55,918 nt of DNA from a virus (lineage: Duplodnaviria; Caudoviricetes): positions 1 to 55,918 of IMG/VR virus record IMGVR_UViG_3300022926_001762; one strand, written 5' to 3'. Below are positions 27,429 to 37,104 of this stretch, in pieces; the first letter of the stretch is position 1; every line of letters begins with the position of its first letter. The notes beneath the pieces were generated by a model that saw only the letters and a list, made by a program, of their open reading frames with translations, ran no database searches and was not told where the DNA came from. Made by a program: the position numbers and the translations under genes.

Positions 27429-28196
27429 ATGGCAACTACAAAAAAAGCGGTAAATTCCGTTAAAGAATCCTGGGTCGTTAAAGACAGAAGATACGTTCTT
27501 CTTGGAAACAAAAGTCCGATTACTTACTTACTAAGATCGTCACATCACCCAAACAAACCACTACAATATTTTGACGGAGAGAATTATAGACCTCTTCGAT
27601 ACGCTTCAAATTCAATGACTCCTTTTATGGATGAGCAAGATGGATATGTTATTTCAACTGCTATTGAATTTGAAAATGGAGACCTTACTGTCCCTGCAAA
27701 CAACACGAACTTACAGAAGTTCCTAAGCATATACCATCCTGACGGAGGAAAGGTTTATGAGGAATGGGATCCGCACAGAGATGCTCAAGATGAGCTTGAT
27801 GCTGAGGAGTTTACTTTAGATGCTCAGATTTCGGCAAGAGAAATGCCTATTGAAGATCTTGAGGCTATAGCTAGAATTGTTTTCAGAACAGATGTGTCCA
27901 AGATGACTTCATCTGAAATAAAGAGAGACATGATTTATTACGCTAGATCTAATCCAAGAGAATTTTTAGATTACGCTAATGATCCTGACATCAAACTTAG
28001 AAATTTAGCCATAAGAGCTGTTGATAATGGAATACTTCTTGTAAAAGACGACAACAGAACTGTAATATGGAATGATAAATCTCAGCAAAAAGTTTTAACT
28101 GTTAAGTTTGGAGACAATCCAATAGCTGCTTTAGCATCTTATTTTAAAACAGATGATGGGATGGACTTAATGGAAGCTATCGTTAAAAAACTATAG
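27429..28196 (+). CDS. Conserved protein downstream of the capsid gene (structural/assembly)
   Basis: 255-aa ORF in the position typical of crAss-like gene order. Confidence 0.65.
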   Translation: MATTKKAVNSVKESWVVKDRRYVLLGNKSPITYLLRSSHHPNKPLQYFDGENYRPLRYASNSMTPFMDEQDGYVISTAIEFENGDLTVPANNTNLQKFLSIYHPDGGKVYEEWDPHRDAQDELDAEEFTLDAQISAREMPIEDLEAIARIVFRTDVSKMTSSEIKRDMIYYARSNPREFLDYANDPDIKLRNLAIRAVDNGILLVKDDNRTVIWNDKSQQKVLTVKFGDNPIAALASYFKTDDGMDLMEAIVKKL

Positions 28197-28214
28197 TAAA
28201 ACCAATACACTAAT

Positions 28215-28252
28215 GAAGAGCCCCTCCCGAAAAAGAGGGGTTTCTTTTTTTT
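28215..28252 (+). terminator. Rho-independent terminator
   Basis: GAGCCCCTC-loop-GAGGGGTTT stem followed by a T-run. Confidence 0.85.
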
Positions 28253-28253
28253 G

Positions 28254-28261
28254 TAAATTTG
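28254..28261 (+). promoter_or_regulatory. Bacteroidota -7 promoter box
   Basis: TAAATTTG directly after the terminator, 14 nt before the ATG at 28276. Confidence 0.65.
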
Positions 28262-28275
28262 TATAAAAATAAGAG

Positions 28276-28980
28276 ATGATTAATAGCATCAGAAACACTG
28301 TTCTATCTATCATAGATAAAGACAATAGCGGATACATATCCCCTAGCGAATTTAATCTGTTTGCAAAAGCAGCTCAACTAGAGATCTATCAAGAGTATTT
28401 TGATAACTATAGAAAGGCGATAGCTAATAAGAATAACAGAAAAGGGTCTAGAGGGGCAGCGGATGAGGTAAAAGACATATCGCACAAACTTGATATTTTC
28501 ACCAAAAAGAGCGATTTGGCTGTTGGTGACAACTACACGTTCACTTTACCCAGTGACATGTATATTCTCAACACCGTTACTGTAACAACAGAGTCTGTTG
28601 ATGATATAGTAGAGGAGGTTGATAAGACTGAGTTTTTTTATTTGAAACAGGCTAATCTAGCCTCTCCTTCTGAGAAATATAGAATATACACTAGATACGG
28701 AAATGAAATAGATATGTTTCCTGTGCCTGAATCCGCACAAGCTATATATTATAGAACACCTTCAACACCCAAATGGACTTATTTATCAACTCCTGGAGGA
28801 GATCCTATCTACAACCCAAGCGCAAGCGATTTCAAGGACTTTGAATTGCATCCAGAAGAGGAGACACAGCTTATCGTTAAGATACTAAGATATGCTGGTG
28901 TTACTATCAGAGCAGAGGATGTTGTTAGTGTTGCGGAAGGGCAAGACAATAAGGAATACGAAAAAGAAAACTTAACCTAG
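28276..28980 (+). CDS. Head-tail adaptor / tail tubular ring protein
   Basis: GYISPSEFNLFAKAAQ, LPSD.Y and YYR.P..PKW motifs typical of P22 gp4/crAss ring proteins. Confidence 0.7.
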   Translation: MINSIRNTVLSIIDKDNSGYISPSEFNLFAKAAQLEIYQEYFDNYRKAIANKNNRKGSRGAADEVKDISHKLDIFTKKSDLAVGDNYTFTLPSDMYILNTVTVTTESVDDIVEEVDKTEFFYLKQANLASPSEKYRIYTRYGNEIDMFPVPESAQAIYYRTPSTPKWTYLSTPGGDPIYNPSASDFKDFELHPEEETQLIVKILRYAGVTIRAEDVVSVAEGQDNKEYEKENLT

Positions 28981-28984
28981 ATAG

Positions 28985-29836
28985 ATGAGCTCACAAGACT
29001 ATTATAACGATCCTACTCAATCTGGAAACTACCAGTATGTTCTTTTAAAGGACATAATCAATAATTTTATGTTGATGAATGTTGGTGATGATAAAATCAT
29101 TAATGACATTCCTAGGTATCAAGTGATCCATTACGCTAAAAGAGCTATACAAGAGCTTAATTACGATGCGCTAAAAGAGGTAAAGAAGATTGAAATAGAG
29201 CTCTCTGAGACTCTTAGAATAACTATGCCGTCTGATTATGTTCAGGCAGTTAGAATGTCTTGGGTAGATGATGATGGAAGATTGCATCCTTTGGTTGTAA
29301 ACAGAACTAATGCTATTGCTGATGCCTACCTACAGGATCAGGATGGAAACTTTTTGTTTGATGCAAATGGAGACTTGCAAGAGGCTGAAAGCCTTGCGGA
29401 AACAAGGTCTAACGTAAACACACAAAGATCTATAGATTATGACTCATTGGAAGCTGAACACACTGGTGGTCGATTTGGAATGAGCACGTCTGATTCAAAT
29501 AAAAACGGAAGCTTCATTATAGATAAGCAAGCAGGTCAAATAAAATTCAGTTCTCATCTTAGTGACGGAACTATTATTGTTTTAGAATACATATCGGACG
29601 GTCTTTCTTCTGGCTCTGATGATACTTTGAGGGTAAATAAACTTGCTGAAGATTATATATATAGTTATCTTCAGGCGGAAATTGTTAATAGAAAATTTGG
29701 AGTACAAGAATACATCGTTAGAAGAGCTAAAAAAGAGGCTTCTGCCAAACTTCGAAACGCTAAGATTAGATTGATGAATGTTAATTTTGACGACTTAGTA
29801 CAAAGTTTGAAGGGTAAAGATAAGTGGATTAAATAA
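28985..29836 (+). CDS. Second tail ring/tubular protein
   Basis: AKRAIQEL.YD, MPSDYV, IVLEYISDG; paralogous layout to the upstream ring protein. Confidence 0.65.
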   Translation: MSSQDYYNDPTQSGNYQYVLLKDIINNFMLMNVGDDKIINDIPRYQVIHYAKRAIQELNYDALKEVKKIEIELSETLRITMPSDYVQAVRMSWVDDDGRLHPLVVNRTNAIADAYLQDQDGNFLFDANGDLQEAESLAETRSNVNTQRSIDYDSLEAEHTGGRFGMSTSDSNKNGSFIIDKQAGQIKFSSHLSDGTIIVLEYISDGLSSGSDDTLRVNKLAEDYIYSYLQAEIVNRKFGVQEYIVRRAKKEASAKLRNAKIRLMNVNFDDLVQSLKGKDKWIK

Positions 29837-32800
29837 TGAAATTAAAAAATACATTTCTTTCGGGCAGAATGAATAAGGACGCAGATGAGCGTCTTTTGAA
29901 AAAGGATGAATATACTCATGCTGAAAACATCGTTGTATCTAGTATAATTGATGCTGATACTGGAGTTCTAAAAAATGTAAAATCAAATAAGTTGGCTGGA
30001 TTAACGCTAACTTACAGTGGGGATTCACCTGAAACTGTTGGAGCTGTAGCTGATGACGCTAACAATAAAATGTATTGGTTTGTAGCCACGACAACATCTT
30101 CTTACATCTGTGAGTATGATCATGTATTGGGCGTTTCGTCTATTATTTTATCAGACACTAGAGAGGCACCAGACAATGTATTGAACTTTCAAAAAAACAA
30201 AAAAATACATAGTGCAAACGTATTAAATGACACTGATCAGAATAGAGTTTATTTATTTTGGACAGACGGACATAATCCTCCAAGAAAAATAAACATAGAC
30301 AGGGCTAGATCCTGGAATATTAATGGATTTTCTGATGAAGACGTTAGTGTCATTGTTAAGCCACCATTATTTCAGCCAGAAATAGAATTAGTTAAATCTG
30401 GTAATGTAGATGAGAGTTTTATTAGAGATAAATTCATTCAATTCGCAATAAGATACAAGTATCTAGACGGCGAAATTAGCGCATTAAGTCCCTTTAGTGA
30501 GTATGCTTTTCAGGCTAAATTGTTTTTTTACGACTACGAAGAGGCTACTAATGAGTCAATGCAGAATGAATTTAATCAAGCAAACGTAACTTTCAATACA
30601 GGAGGATCAAACGTAGCTTCAATAGAGCTTATTTTTAGAGAGTCAGAGTCCACAACATTATATGTTGTCGAGACCTTTGATAAAGTAAAACTTGGTCTTG
30701 AGAATGACAAGAGTCACGTATTTCCTTTTAGAAACAGCAAAGTTTACACTACGCTTCCTTCTGATGAAATGAGCAGGCTCTATGATGCTGTTCCACTGAA
30801 AGCTCAAACTCAAGAGCTTATTGGAAACAGATTAGTTTACGGTAATTATACTGAAAACTACAACATGGTTGACTACAATAATAACGATATAAAGTTTGAT
30901 TTTACCTTAAACAAAATATCGTTCCCAGTTCAACCAGGAAATCCGTCTAGAACTGCAAAAAGCAATAGAAGTTACGAAGCTGGTATTGTATATTTAGATG
31001 ATTACGGAAGGATGTCTACTGTAATGACTTGTGAAAACAACAGTGTTTTCGTTCCTGTAAATGACTGTATAAACAGAAACACATTACAATTAGTTATAAA
31101 TAATATTGCTCCTAAGTGGGCTAAGTATTACAGGTTATTTATAAAAGAAAACAAAACTCAATACGACACTATAACCCCTATTATTTTCCATAAGGACAAT
31201 GAATTTGTGTGGGTTAAAGTAGAGAAATCTGATGTTGACAAATTTAAAGAGGGAGATTTCCTTGTTGTTAAATCAGATACTTCTGGTATAAAAAATACAT
31301 ACATAGAAACAAAAGTTCTTGAGTATGGTCAGAAAAATAGAAACTTTTTAGATAATCTAGATACAGCCTCTCCTGGAGAAATTCTACAGGAAGAAGGAAC
31401 TTATATTAAGCTGAAGCCTACGAAGTATAACATTAACGATAATGGGTATACTAAGAAATCAAGTCAAAACCACGACGACACGAAAGATAAGTCTGGAGGA
31501 AAAGATCCTAGATTAAGTGGACAAACTTTAAATGCATTTGAAGGACCTTATTACTACGCTGTAACAGAGGGTCAGAATAATGACGTAACTATAAGCGGAA
31601 CCCCTTCTGGTAGCTTCGATCAAAGGTTCGAGATCGTTATTGACGGAGTTACTGGAACAGACACTTTCAAGTGGAGATCTACTAGCGAGGAAGGGACTGA
31701 AGACTGGGTAGAAAATGTATCCACTTCTGGAACACAATCATTATCCGATGGACTTTCTATTTCTTTTGGATCAACCACTGGTCACTTTTTAGGTGAAAAA
31801 TGGAGTGTTTTGGCTAGAAAACCAATTGTTTACGATGAAGATGTAAGATGTCAGACCGTGTTACAAGGCTTTGAAGGTAGTGAAGAAGTTGGTCCAGGAA
31901 GTAGCATGAGGTTGTTTTACACTGAATATAAAGGCTCTCAATCAACTACATTTTCAGCAACATACACTGCTAGTAGATACTATCCGAATATAGAGGAATG
32001 GTGGCACGAGCAGATGAAAGAAGAGATGACCAAGGATATTCCAGAAGGAAATATCAGATGGAGAAGAGGTGTTTCAACTGACGACAATGGAACCAGAACT
32101 AGAGTTTTGGCTATAAATAACAATATTTCGGACCCTATACATTTAATAATAGAGTCTGACTTATATCAGACTGGAAGCGTTAATTTAAGTCTATTTGGAG
32201 CTACAATTATAGACACTGAGGTAGGTAAAAACATAAACGCTGAGGCTTCATGGAATATAGTATTAAAAGATAGAGATGATTCTTTACTTGTATTAGAGAC
32301 TAAGCCCAAGGTAACTAACAGCGATATTTTCTACGAAATAGGCGAAACTTATCGTGTGTCTAGTCAGGGATATCACTTGGGAGCTACTGATGATAGTGAT
32401 CAAGATTCTGAGCAAGCAGCCTTAATTACTTTAGATTTCTTTAATGCTTTTACCTGGGGTAATGCAATAGAGAGCTACAAGTATAAGGATGCTTTTAATG
32501 CTCCAGAGCTATTGCATAACGCAAGACCTTTAACTAACTATTCTGGATACGCAGAAAATAACAGAATAAGCTCACTTACCTATGGTGGAGTTTACGAACA
32601 AACAACAAACTTTAATGGATTAAATGAATTTAACTTAACCTTAGGTGGGTTCATGGATCTCGATGATAAGTATGGTTCTTTACAGAAAATAGTTTCAAGA
32701 GATCAAGATCTAATAGTTATTCAAGAAAACAAAACTAGCAAAGTAATGTACGGAAAATCAGTACTTTACAATGCTGATGGTTCTGGAAACGTGTCGTCTA

Positions 32801-35172
32801 CAAACGATGTTTTAGGGTCTCAAATTCCTTTTGTAGGAGAATATGGGATGTCTACATCTCCAGAGTCTTTTGCAAAATGGTACAATGATTTATTTTGGAC
32901 TGATGACAAGAGAGGTATCGTCTTAAAGCTGGATTCAAATGGCTTAGATGAGATTTCTCAGTACGGAATGAAAGATTGGTTTAGAACCAATATAGGAACG
33001 GCAGATTATCATAAAATTGTAGGAGGTTACGACCCTTACAATGATTTATATGTCATTAGCGTTCAGGATCCAGTTATAGAATGGAAAGAGGATGATTACA
33101 ATTGTGGAGAAGGATCCGTAGTTTGGAAGATAGGCAAGTACTATTGTGAGCAAACTGCTACTCCTGTACCTGCACCTGCGGTTATTCCTGTACCAGTTCC
33201 TGTACCAGTTCCTGTGCCAGTTCCTGTACCTGTGCCAGTGCCAGCTCCTGTAACAATACCTACCCCTCCTGTTCCAACGCCATCACCAGTAGCACCACCA
33301 GTGGCACCACCAGTAGAGCCACCAGTAGTAGCGCCACCGACCTCTGAACCACCAGTATTGCCACCAGTAGAGCCACCAGTAGCGCCACCTGTTGCAACAC
33401 CTTATGTTGATATATTAGGACCTACAAGCGGAACTACTGGATCAACAATTCAGTTGACTGGAGAGGACTATGAGTTTACTGGATCTACATGGGCATGGAC
33501 TGGAGGATCAGCAGAAGGTCTTACCAGCAAAGTGATTAATATCACAGAAAGTGTTGATGGGAATCAGGTTTATGGAGTTACCGTAGATGGAACTTACCAA
33601 GACTACCAAGGAGTTTCTTGGTCAACACCTCCTGTAATACCTCCAGTAGCACCACCATCTGTATCTTCTTTTGTTATTTACGCTAACACATCTAGCGGAA
33701 CAAATCCTTTACAAGGATGGTCTGATGGACCTACTGCGTGCGCTGCCACAGGAGCGCCAGTTACTGTTTATAGTTCTTACGGAGAAACAAGTGTAGCTTC
33801 TAGCTACAACAATGGTCATGCACTATACTTAGATGCTGGATTAACCACTTTATATAATGGTGGTAACACGCATTTTAAAGATCAATACGGAACCAACGGG
33901 AACTCATTTCAAGTAGGGACTAGTGGATTTGTATTTACTTTCACATCATGTATTACTACGCCAGTAGTACCACCAGTGGCACCACCAGTGGCACCGCCTG
34001 TAGCTTCTACACCTTGTTATACTTACTCAATACAAAACAATGATTTCAGTCAAAACTTAACTTTCCAATACAGAGATTGTGATGGAAACTTAATTTCGGA
34101 CCAAGTAGTATTAGCTGATTCTGGAACACCTGATTTCTGTGCTGAACAAGGAAGCGTAAGCAGACAGAGTGGAACTAACAGCTGGGTATTAACAACAGAA
34201 GCAACAACTTGTACCGTTGGAACTCCAACACCTCCAACAACACCTCCAACAACGCCTCCAGTATCAGGAGGGTATTGGAACTTGCGCTTATGCTCTGGAG
34301 CATTAGCAAACCAACAGATAGCTTATGATTCTAATTTAGATTTGGGAACTGTAATAAAAGCATCAAACGGAATTTGCTATGAAATTGATAGTTTCCAATC
34401 TAGTGGAGCTGCAACACAAACTGTAGTTAGTGAATATTCAGATTGTACAGATTGCGAATCTTCTACACCAGTAGCCCCTAGCCCAACTCCAACGCCAGCA
34501 CCAACAGCTTCTTATTTCTATTATTCAGTAGAAGACTGTAATAACCCTCAAACGGTTATTTCTGTAAGAAGTTCTACTAATTTAGCTGGATATTACGGCG
34601 TTTTATACAACGGAACTTGTTACGAAATACAAGGAGGTGGAAGCGATAACACAAACGACATAACATCTTTTTACATAGATTGCGTGGCTTGTCAAGATAA
34701 AATTGTTACTCCATCTCCAGCACCAGCACCTGTACCAGCGCCAGTAGCACCTAGTCCTACTCCAGCTCCAGCACCAGTGGCACCGCCTACAGCGCCACCA
34801 CCGACTGCTCCATCGCCAACGCCATCACCAGTGCCGACTGCGCCATCACCATCGCCAGCACCAGCGCCTGTATATACACCGCCACCAACTGCTGCGCCTA
34901 CAGCGTCACCAGTGCCATCACCTGTATATACAACGGTTCCAGTAGCACCGCCTACAGCGCCACCAGTACCTGCGCCTGTATTTACGACATCGCCAGTGCC
35001 GACTGCGCCATCACCATCGGCGCCGACTCCAATACCAGTGCCAGCCCCAGCTGCACCGCCACCAGCGGTTTCAGGATGGAGTTGTTTTGGGGACACTTGT
35101 TTCGAAACAACGACCAATCCTCAATACGCTACGCTTAAAGACTGTAATTTAAATTGTGGACAGATGGTTTAA
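29836..35172 (+). CDS. Tail stabilisation/nozzle protein (N-terminal ~1075 aa) fused to an extensin-like Pro-rich, Cys-module C-terminal appendage
   Basis: F.SGRMNKD.DERL, LFWTDG.NPPRKIN, GNRLVYGNY, GEYG.S..PESFA, GGYDPY; then (PV)9, PPVAPP and SPAPAP tracts separated by small Cys-rich domains. Confidence 0.85.
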   Translation: MKLKNTFLSGRMNKDADERLLKKDEYTHAENIVVSSIIDADTGVLKNVKSNKLAGLTLTYSGDSPETVGAVADDANNKMYWFVATTTSSYICEYDHVLGVSSIILSDTREAPDNVLNFQKNKKIHSANVLNDTDQNRVYLFWTDGHNPPRKINIDRARSWNINGFSDEDVSVIVKPPLFQPEIELVKSGNVDESFIRDKFIQFAIRYKYLDGEISALSPFSEYAFQAKLFFYDYEEATNESMQNEFNQANVTFNTGGSNVASIELIFRESESTTLYVVETFDKVKLGLENDKSHVFPFRNSKVYTTLPSDEMSRLYDAVPLKAQTQELIGNRLVYGNYTENYNMVDYNNNDIKFDFTLNKISFPVQPGNPSRTAKSNRSYEAGIVYLDDYGRMSTVMTCENNSVFVPVNDCINRNTLQLVINNIAPKWAKYYRLFIKENKTQYDTITPIIFHKDNEFVWVKVEKSDVDKFKEGDFLVVKSDTSGIKNTYIETKVLEYGQKNRNFLDNLDTASPGEILQEEGTYIKLKPTKYNINDNGYTKKSSQNHDDTKDKSGGKDPRLSGQTLNAFEGPYYYAVTEGQNNDVTISGTPSGSFDQRFEIVIDGVTGTDTFKWRSTSEEGTEDWVENVSTSGTQSLSDGLSISFGSTTGHFLGEKWSVLARKPIVYDEDVRCQTVLQGFEGSEEVGPGSSMRLFYTEYKGSQSTTFSATYTASRYYPNIEEWWHEQMKEEMTKDIPEGNIRWRRGVSTDDNGTRTRVLAINNNISDPIHLIIESDLYQTGSVNLSLFGATIIDTEVGKNINAEASWNIVLKDRDDSLLVLETKPKVTNSDIFYEIGETYRVSSQGYHLGATDDSDQDSEQAALITLDFFNAFTWGNAIESYKYKDAFNAPELLHNARPLTNYSGYAENNRISSLTYGGVYEQTTNFNGLNEFNLTLGGFMDLDDKYGSLQKIVSRDQDLIVIQENKTSKVMYGKSVLYNADGSGNVSSTNDVLGSQIPFVGEYGMSTSPESFAKWYNDLFWTDDKRGIVLKLDSNGLDEISQYGMKDWFRTNIGTADYHKIVGGYDPYNDLYVISVQDPVIEWKEDDYNCGEGSVVWKIGKYYCEQTATPVPAPAVIPVPVPVPVPVPVPVPVPVPAPVTIPTPPVPTPSPVAPPVAPPVEPPVVAPPTSEPPVLPPVEPPVAPPVATPYVDILGPTSGTTGSTIQLTGEDYEFTGSTWAWTGGSAEGLTSKVINITESVDGNQVYGVTVDGTYQDYQGVSWSTPPVIPPVAPPSVSSFVIYANTSSGTNPLQGWSDGPTACAATGAPVTVYSSYGETSVASSYNNGHALYLDAGLTTLYNGGNTHFKDQYGTNGNSFQVGTSGFVFTFTSCITTPVVPPVAPPVAPPVASTPCYTYSIQNNDFSQNLTFQYRDCDGNLISDQVVLADSGTPDFCAEQGSVSRQSGTNSWVLTTEATTCTVGTPTPPTTPPTTPPVSGGYWNLRLCSGALANQQIAYDSNLDLGTVIKASNGICYEIDSFQSSGAATQTVVSEYSDCTDCESSTPVAPSPTPTPAPTASYFYYSVEDCNNPQTVISVRSSTNLAGYYGVLYNGTCYEIQGGGSDNTNDITSFYIDCVACQDKIVTPSPAPAPVPAPVAPSPTPAPAPVAPPTAPPPTAPSPTPSPVPTAPSPSPAPAPVYTPPPTAAPTASPVPSPVYTTVPVAPPTAPPVPAPVFTTSPVPTAPSPSAPTPIPVPAPAAPPPAVSGWSCFGDTCFETTTNPQYATLKDCNLNCGQMV
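33160..33402 (+). repeat. Pro-rich coding repeat 1, including (PV)9 from a 12-nt tandem CCTGTACCAGTT
   Basis: 33187-33240 encodes (PV)9, followed by PPVAPP/PPVEPP units. Confidence 0.9.
34708..35067 (+). repeat. Pro-rich coding repeat 2 (about 120 codons of S/T/A/V-Pro) with internal duplications
   Basis: Exact 27-mer at 34828-34854 and 34993-35019; exact 21-mer at 34780-34800 and 34945-34965; both pairs 165 nt apart. Confidence 0.9.
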
Positions 35173-35223
35173 GAAATTGTGATTTTTAAAATTTTATTCG
35201 TAATTTTATTTTAAATAATAATC

Positions 35224-36150
35224 ATGAAGTATATAAGCTGTCAGCCAGAAATAAAATATTTCGCTTGGCAGATTGATGTTATGCTTTTCTCTTTTGAGAA
35301 AGTAGGCGTTAATTTGTCTGATGTGCAAATACTTTGTTCTATAGCCTCTGACAGAGTTAGCGAAAAGTTTTGTTTTTCTTATTTAGAAGAAAAGTATCCT
35401 GGAGTATCAGTATATAGATATGAAGACGATCGTCCAGACAAGACGTACATACCTAGTATTAAGCATCACTTACTATACAAGCACTATGAAAAATATCCTG
35501 AACTCAAACACGAAAGCATTTTTTTTCATGATAGCGATATCATTTTTACTAAAAATCCTGGGTTAGAAAAGTACGAGAATAGCGATATTTGGCATTTAAG
35601 TGACACGGTTAGTTATCTTGGGTACGAATACATAATTAGCAAGGGTAGAGACACTTTGGAAACGATGCTGATAACGGCAGGAATGGAAGAGGATCTTGTA
35701 AAGAGAAATCAAAAGAATTCAGGAGGCGCTCAATACGTTTTAAGAAATGTTGACGCTGAGTTTTGGAGGGAATGTAGAGATATGGGAGTTAATTTATATA
35801 AAATGACTAACGTATATGAAAGAGCCAAACTCAAGAATAATCCAGAGTATCATATGCTTCAGGTTTGGACTGCTGAAATGTGGGCTACAATTTGGAATGC
35901 TTGGAAGAGAGGTATATATACTAAGGTGGAAAAGGAATTAGATTTTTGCTGGGCTACAGACGCTTTAAATCGATGGGATGAATGCTCAATATTTCACAAT
36001 GCTGGAGTCACTGACTCGTCTAGCGGAATGTTTTATAAAGGAGCATACATAAGCAATTCCCCTTTTGATACAGATTTAAAGTTAGACGAAAAAAGATGTT
36101 CATTTTTGTATTATGAAACACTTAAAGAAGCGAATCGTAAAAATCATTAA
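35224..36150 (+). CDS. Glycosyltransferase resembling plant/algal GT95/GT96 (Hyp O-arabinosyl- / peptidyl-Ser O-galactosyltransferase)
   Basis: YFAWQ..MLFSF, Y.P.IK, DxD motif (FFHDSDIIF) and W.AEMW in the same order as the YFDWQ, YP..NKP, DADM and W..EMY motifs recalled for SERGT/HPAT. Confidence 0.65.
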   Translation: MKYISCQPEIKYFAWQIDVMLFSFEKVGVNLSDVQILCSIASDRVSEKFCFSYLEEKYPGVSVYRYEDDRPDKTYIPSIKHHLLYKHYEKYPELKHESIFFHDSDIIFTKNPGLEKYENSDIWHLSDTVSYLGYEYIISKGRDTLETMLITAGMEEDLVKRNQKNSGGAQYVLRNVDAEFWRECRDMGVNLYKMTNVYERAKLKNNPEYHMLQVWTAEMWATIWNAWKRGIYTKVEKELDFCWATDALNRWDECSIFHNAGVTDSSSGMFYKGAYISNSPFDTDLKLDEKRCSFLYYETLKEANRKNH

Positions 36151-36155
36151 ATTTG
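36148..36155 (+). promoter_or_regulatory. Bacteroidota -7 promoter box
   Basis: TAAATTTG 16 nt before the ATG at 36172. Confidence 0.6.
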
Positions 36156-36171
36156 CATAAAGTAAAAAGTA

Positions 36172-37068
36172 ATGGCTAATTCGGGTGTCGTTGTAGTGAC
36201 GGAATTAAGAAAATTTGTTAACGGTGTAGATACTGGTCAGGTAAAACCAAATGTTGCTGGTGATCCTGATTATATTGCTCCATATCTTGATATCTTAACA
36301 TGTCTACCAAACATAGACCCAGTTACTACTACTACTAGTACATCTACTACCACAACTACGTCTTCTAATGTTTTATCTGCGTTTACACTATCTGTACACA
36401 GTCACAACTCTACAATTGATGCTTGTGCTCATGCTACAGATGGAGGTGCTAATGCTGAATTTTATTTCCTTCCAGGAAATTCAAGTTTACCTGTTGTAAA
36501 CGATGTTTTCTATACTGACATGAATGCACAGAACTTATTATCGGATGGAATATATTATTCTATAATAACATCTTCTGCATATACTGTAAACTCATCAGGT
36601 AAAATAACTAGTATATTTGCTTGTGCAGCACCAACTACTAGCACAACAACTACCACAACTCAAGCGACCACTACAACAAGCACAACCACTACAACTACAG
36701 AGCTTGTATACGATTACTCTTGTAATGGAACTTCTGTTACTGAAGCCACTTTAGATCTTTCATACGGAAGCTATCCTGCAAAAATAATAAACCCATCTGA
36801 CACGTCTACAAACGTTTTTAATTGGGTTGCTTTAGATAGACCTAATAGATTTAACGTTTACAATAATGGAAGCTTAATATCTACTAGTGGATGGGTTGGA
36901 ACAGCAAATTATCCAGGTCCTTGGGGAATGTCATTAAGCACTCCAGGAAGCGGAAGCTTTTCGTTCTCTTGGACGTCTACATCTAATAGAGAGGTTAGAA
37001 TCGAATACGGAGCTTCTGACCCGAATAATGCAATAGGAGACGGAGCAGAATGGTCCTTATCTTGCTAG
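36172..37068 (+). CDS. Mucin-like Thr/Ser-rich virion appendage protein
   Basis: N-terminal motif shared with 41891; TTTTSTSTTTTTSS and TTSTTTTTTQATTTTSTTTTTT linkers between Cys-bounded domains. Confidence 0.75.
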   Translation: MANSGVVVVTELRKFVNGVDTGQVKPNVAGDPDYIAPYLDILTCLPNIDPVTTTTSTSTTTTTSSNVLSAFTLSVHSHNSTIDACAHATDGGANAEFYFLPGNSSLPVVNDVFYTDMNAQNLLSDGIYYSIITSSAYTVNSSGKITSIFACAAPTTSTTTTTTQATTTTSTTTTTTELVYDYSCNGTSVTEATLDLSYGSYPAKIINPSDTSTNVFNWVALDRPNRFNVYNNGSLISTSGWVGTANYPGPWGMSLSTPGSGSFSFSWTSTSNREVRIEYGASDPNNAIGDGAEWSLSC

Positions 37069-37104
37069 AAGTAATGAGAATTAAATTTAATAAAATACAA
37101 AATA

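Noticed and set aside
33187-33402. CRISPR array or DGR variable repeats
   Set aside because: The repeats are in-frame codon repeats without unique spacers, and no reverse transcriptase or cas gene is in the window
34692-35117. 141-aa Gly-rich minus-strand ORF (collagen/silk-like appearance)
   Set aside because: Antisense shadow of the Pro-rich tract (CCN read as NGG/GGN); no independent start context
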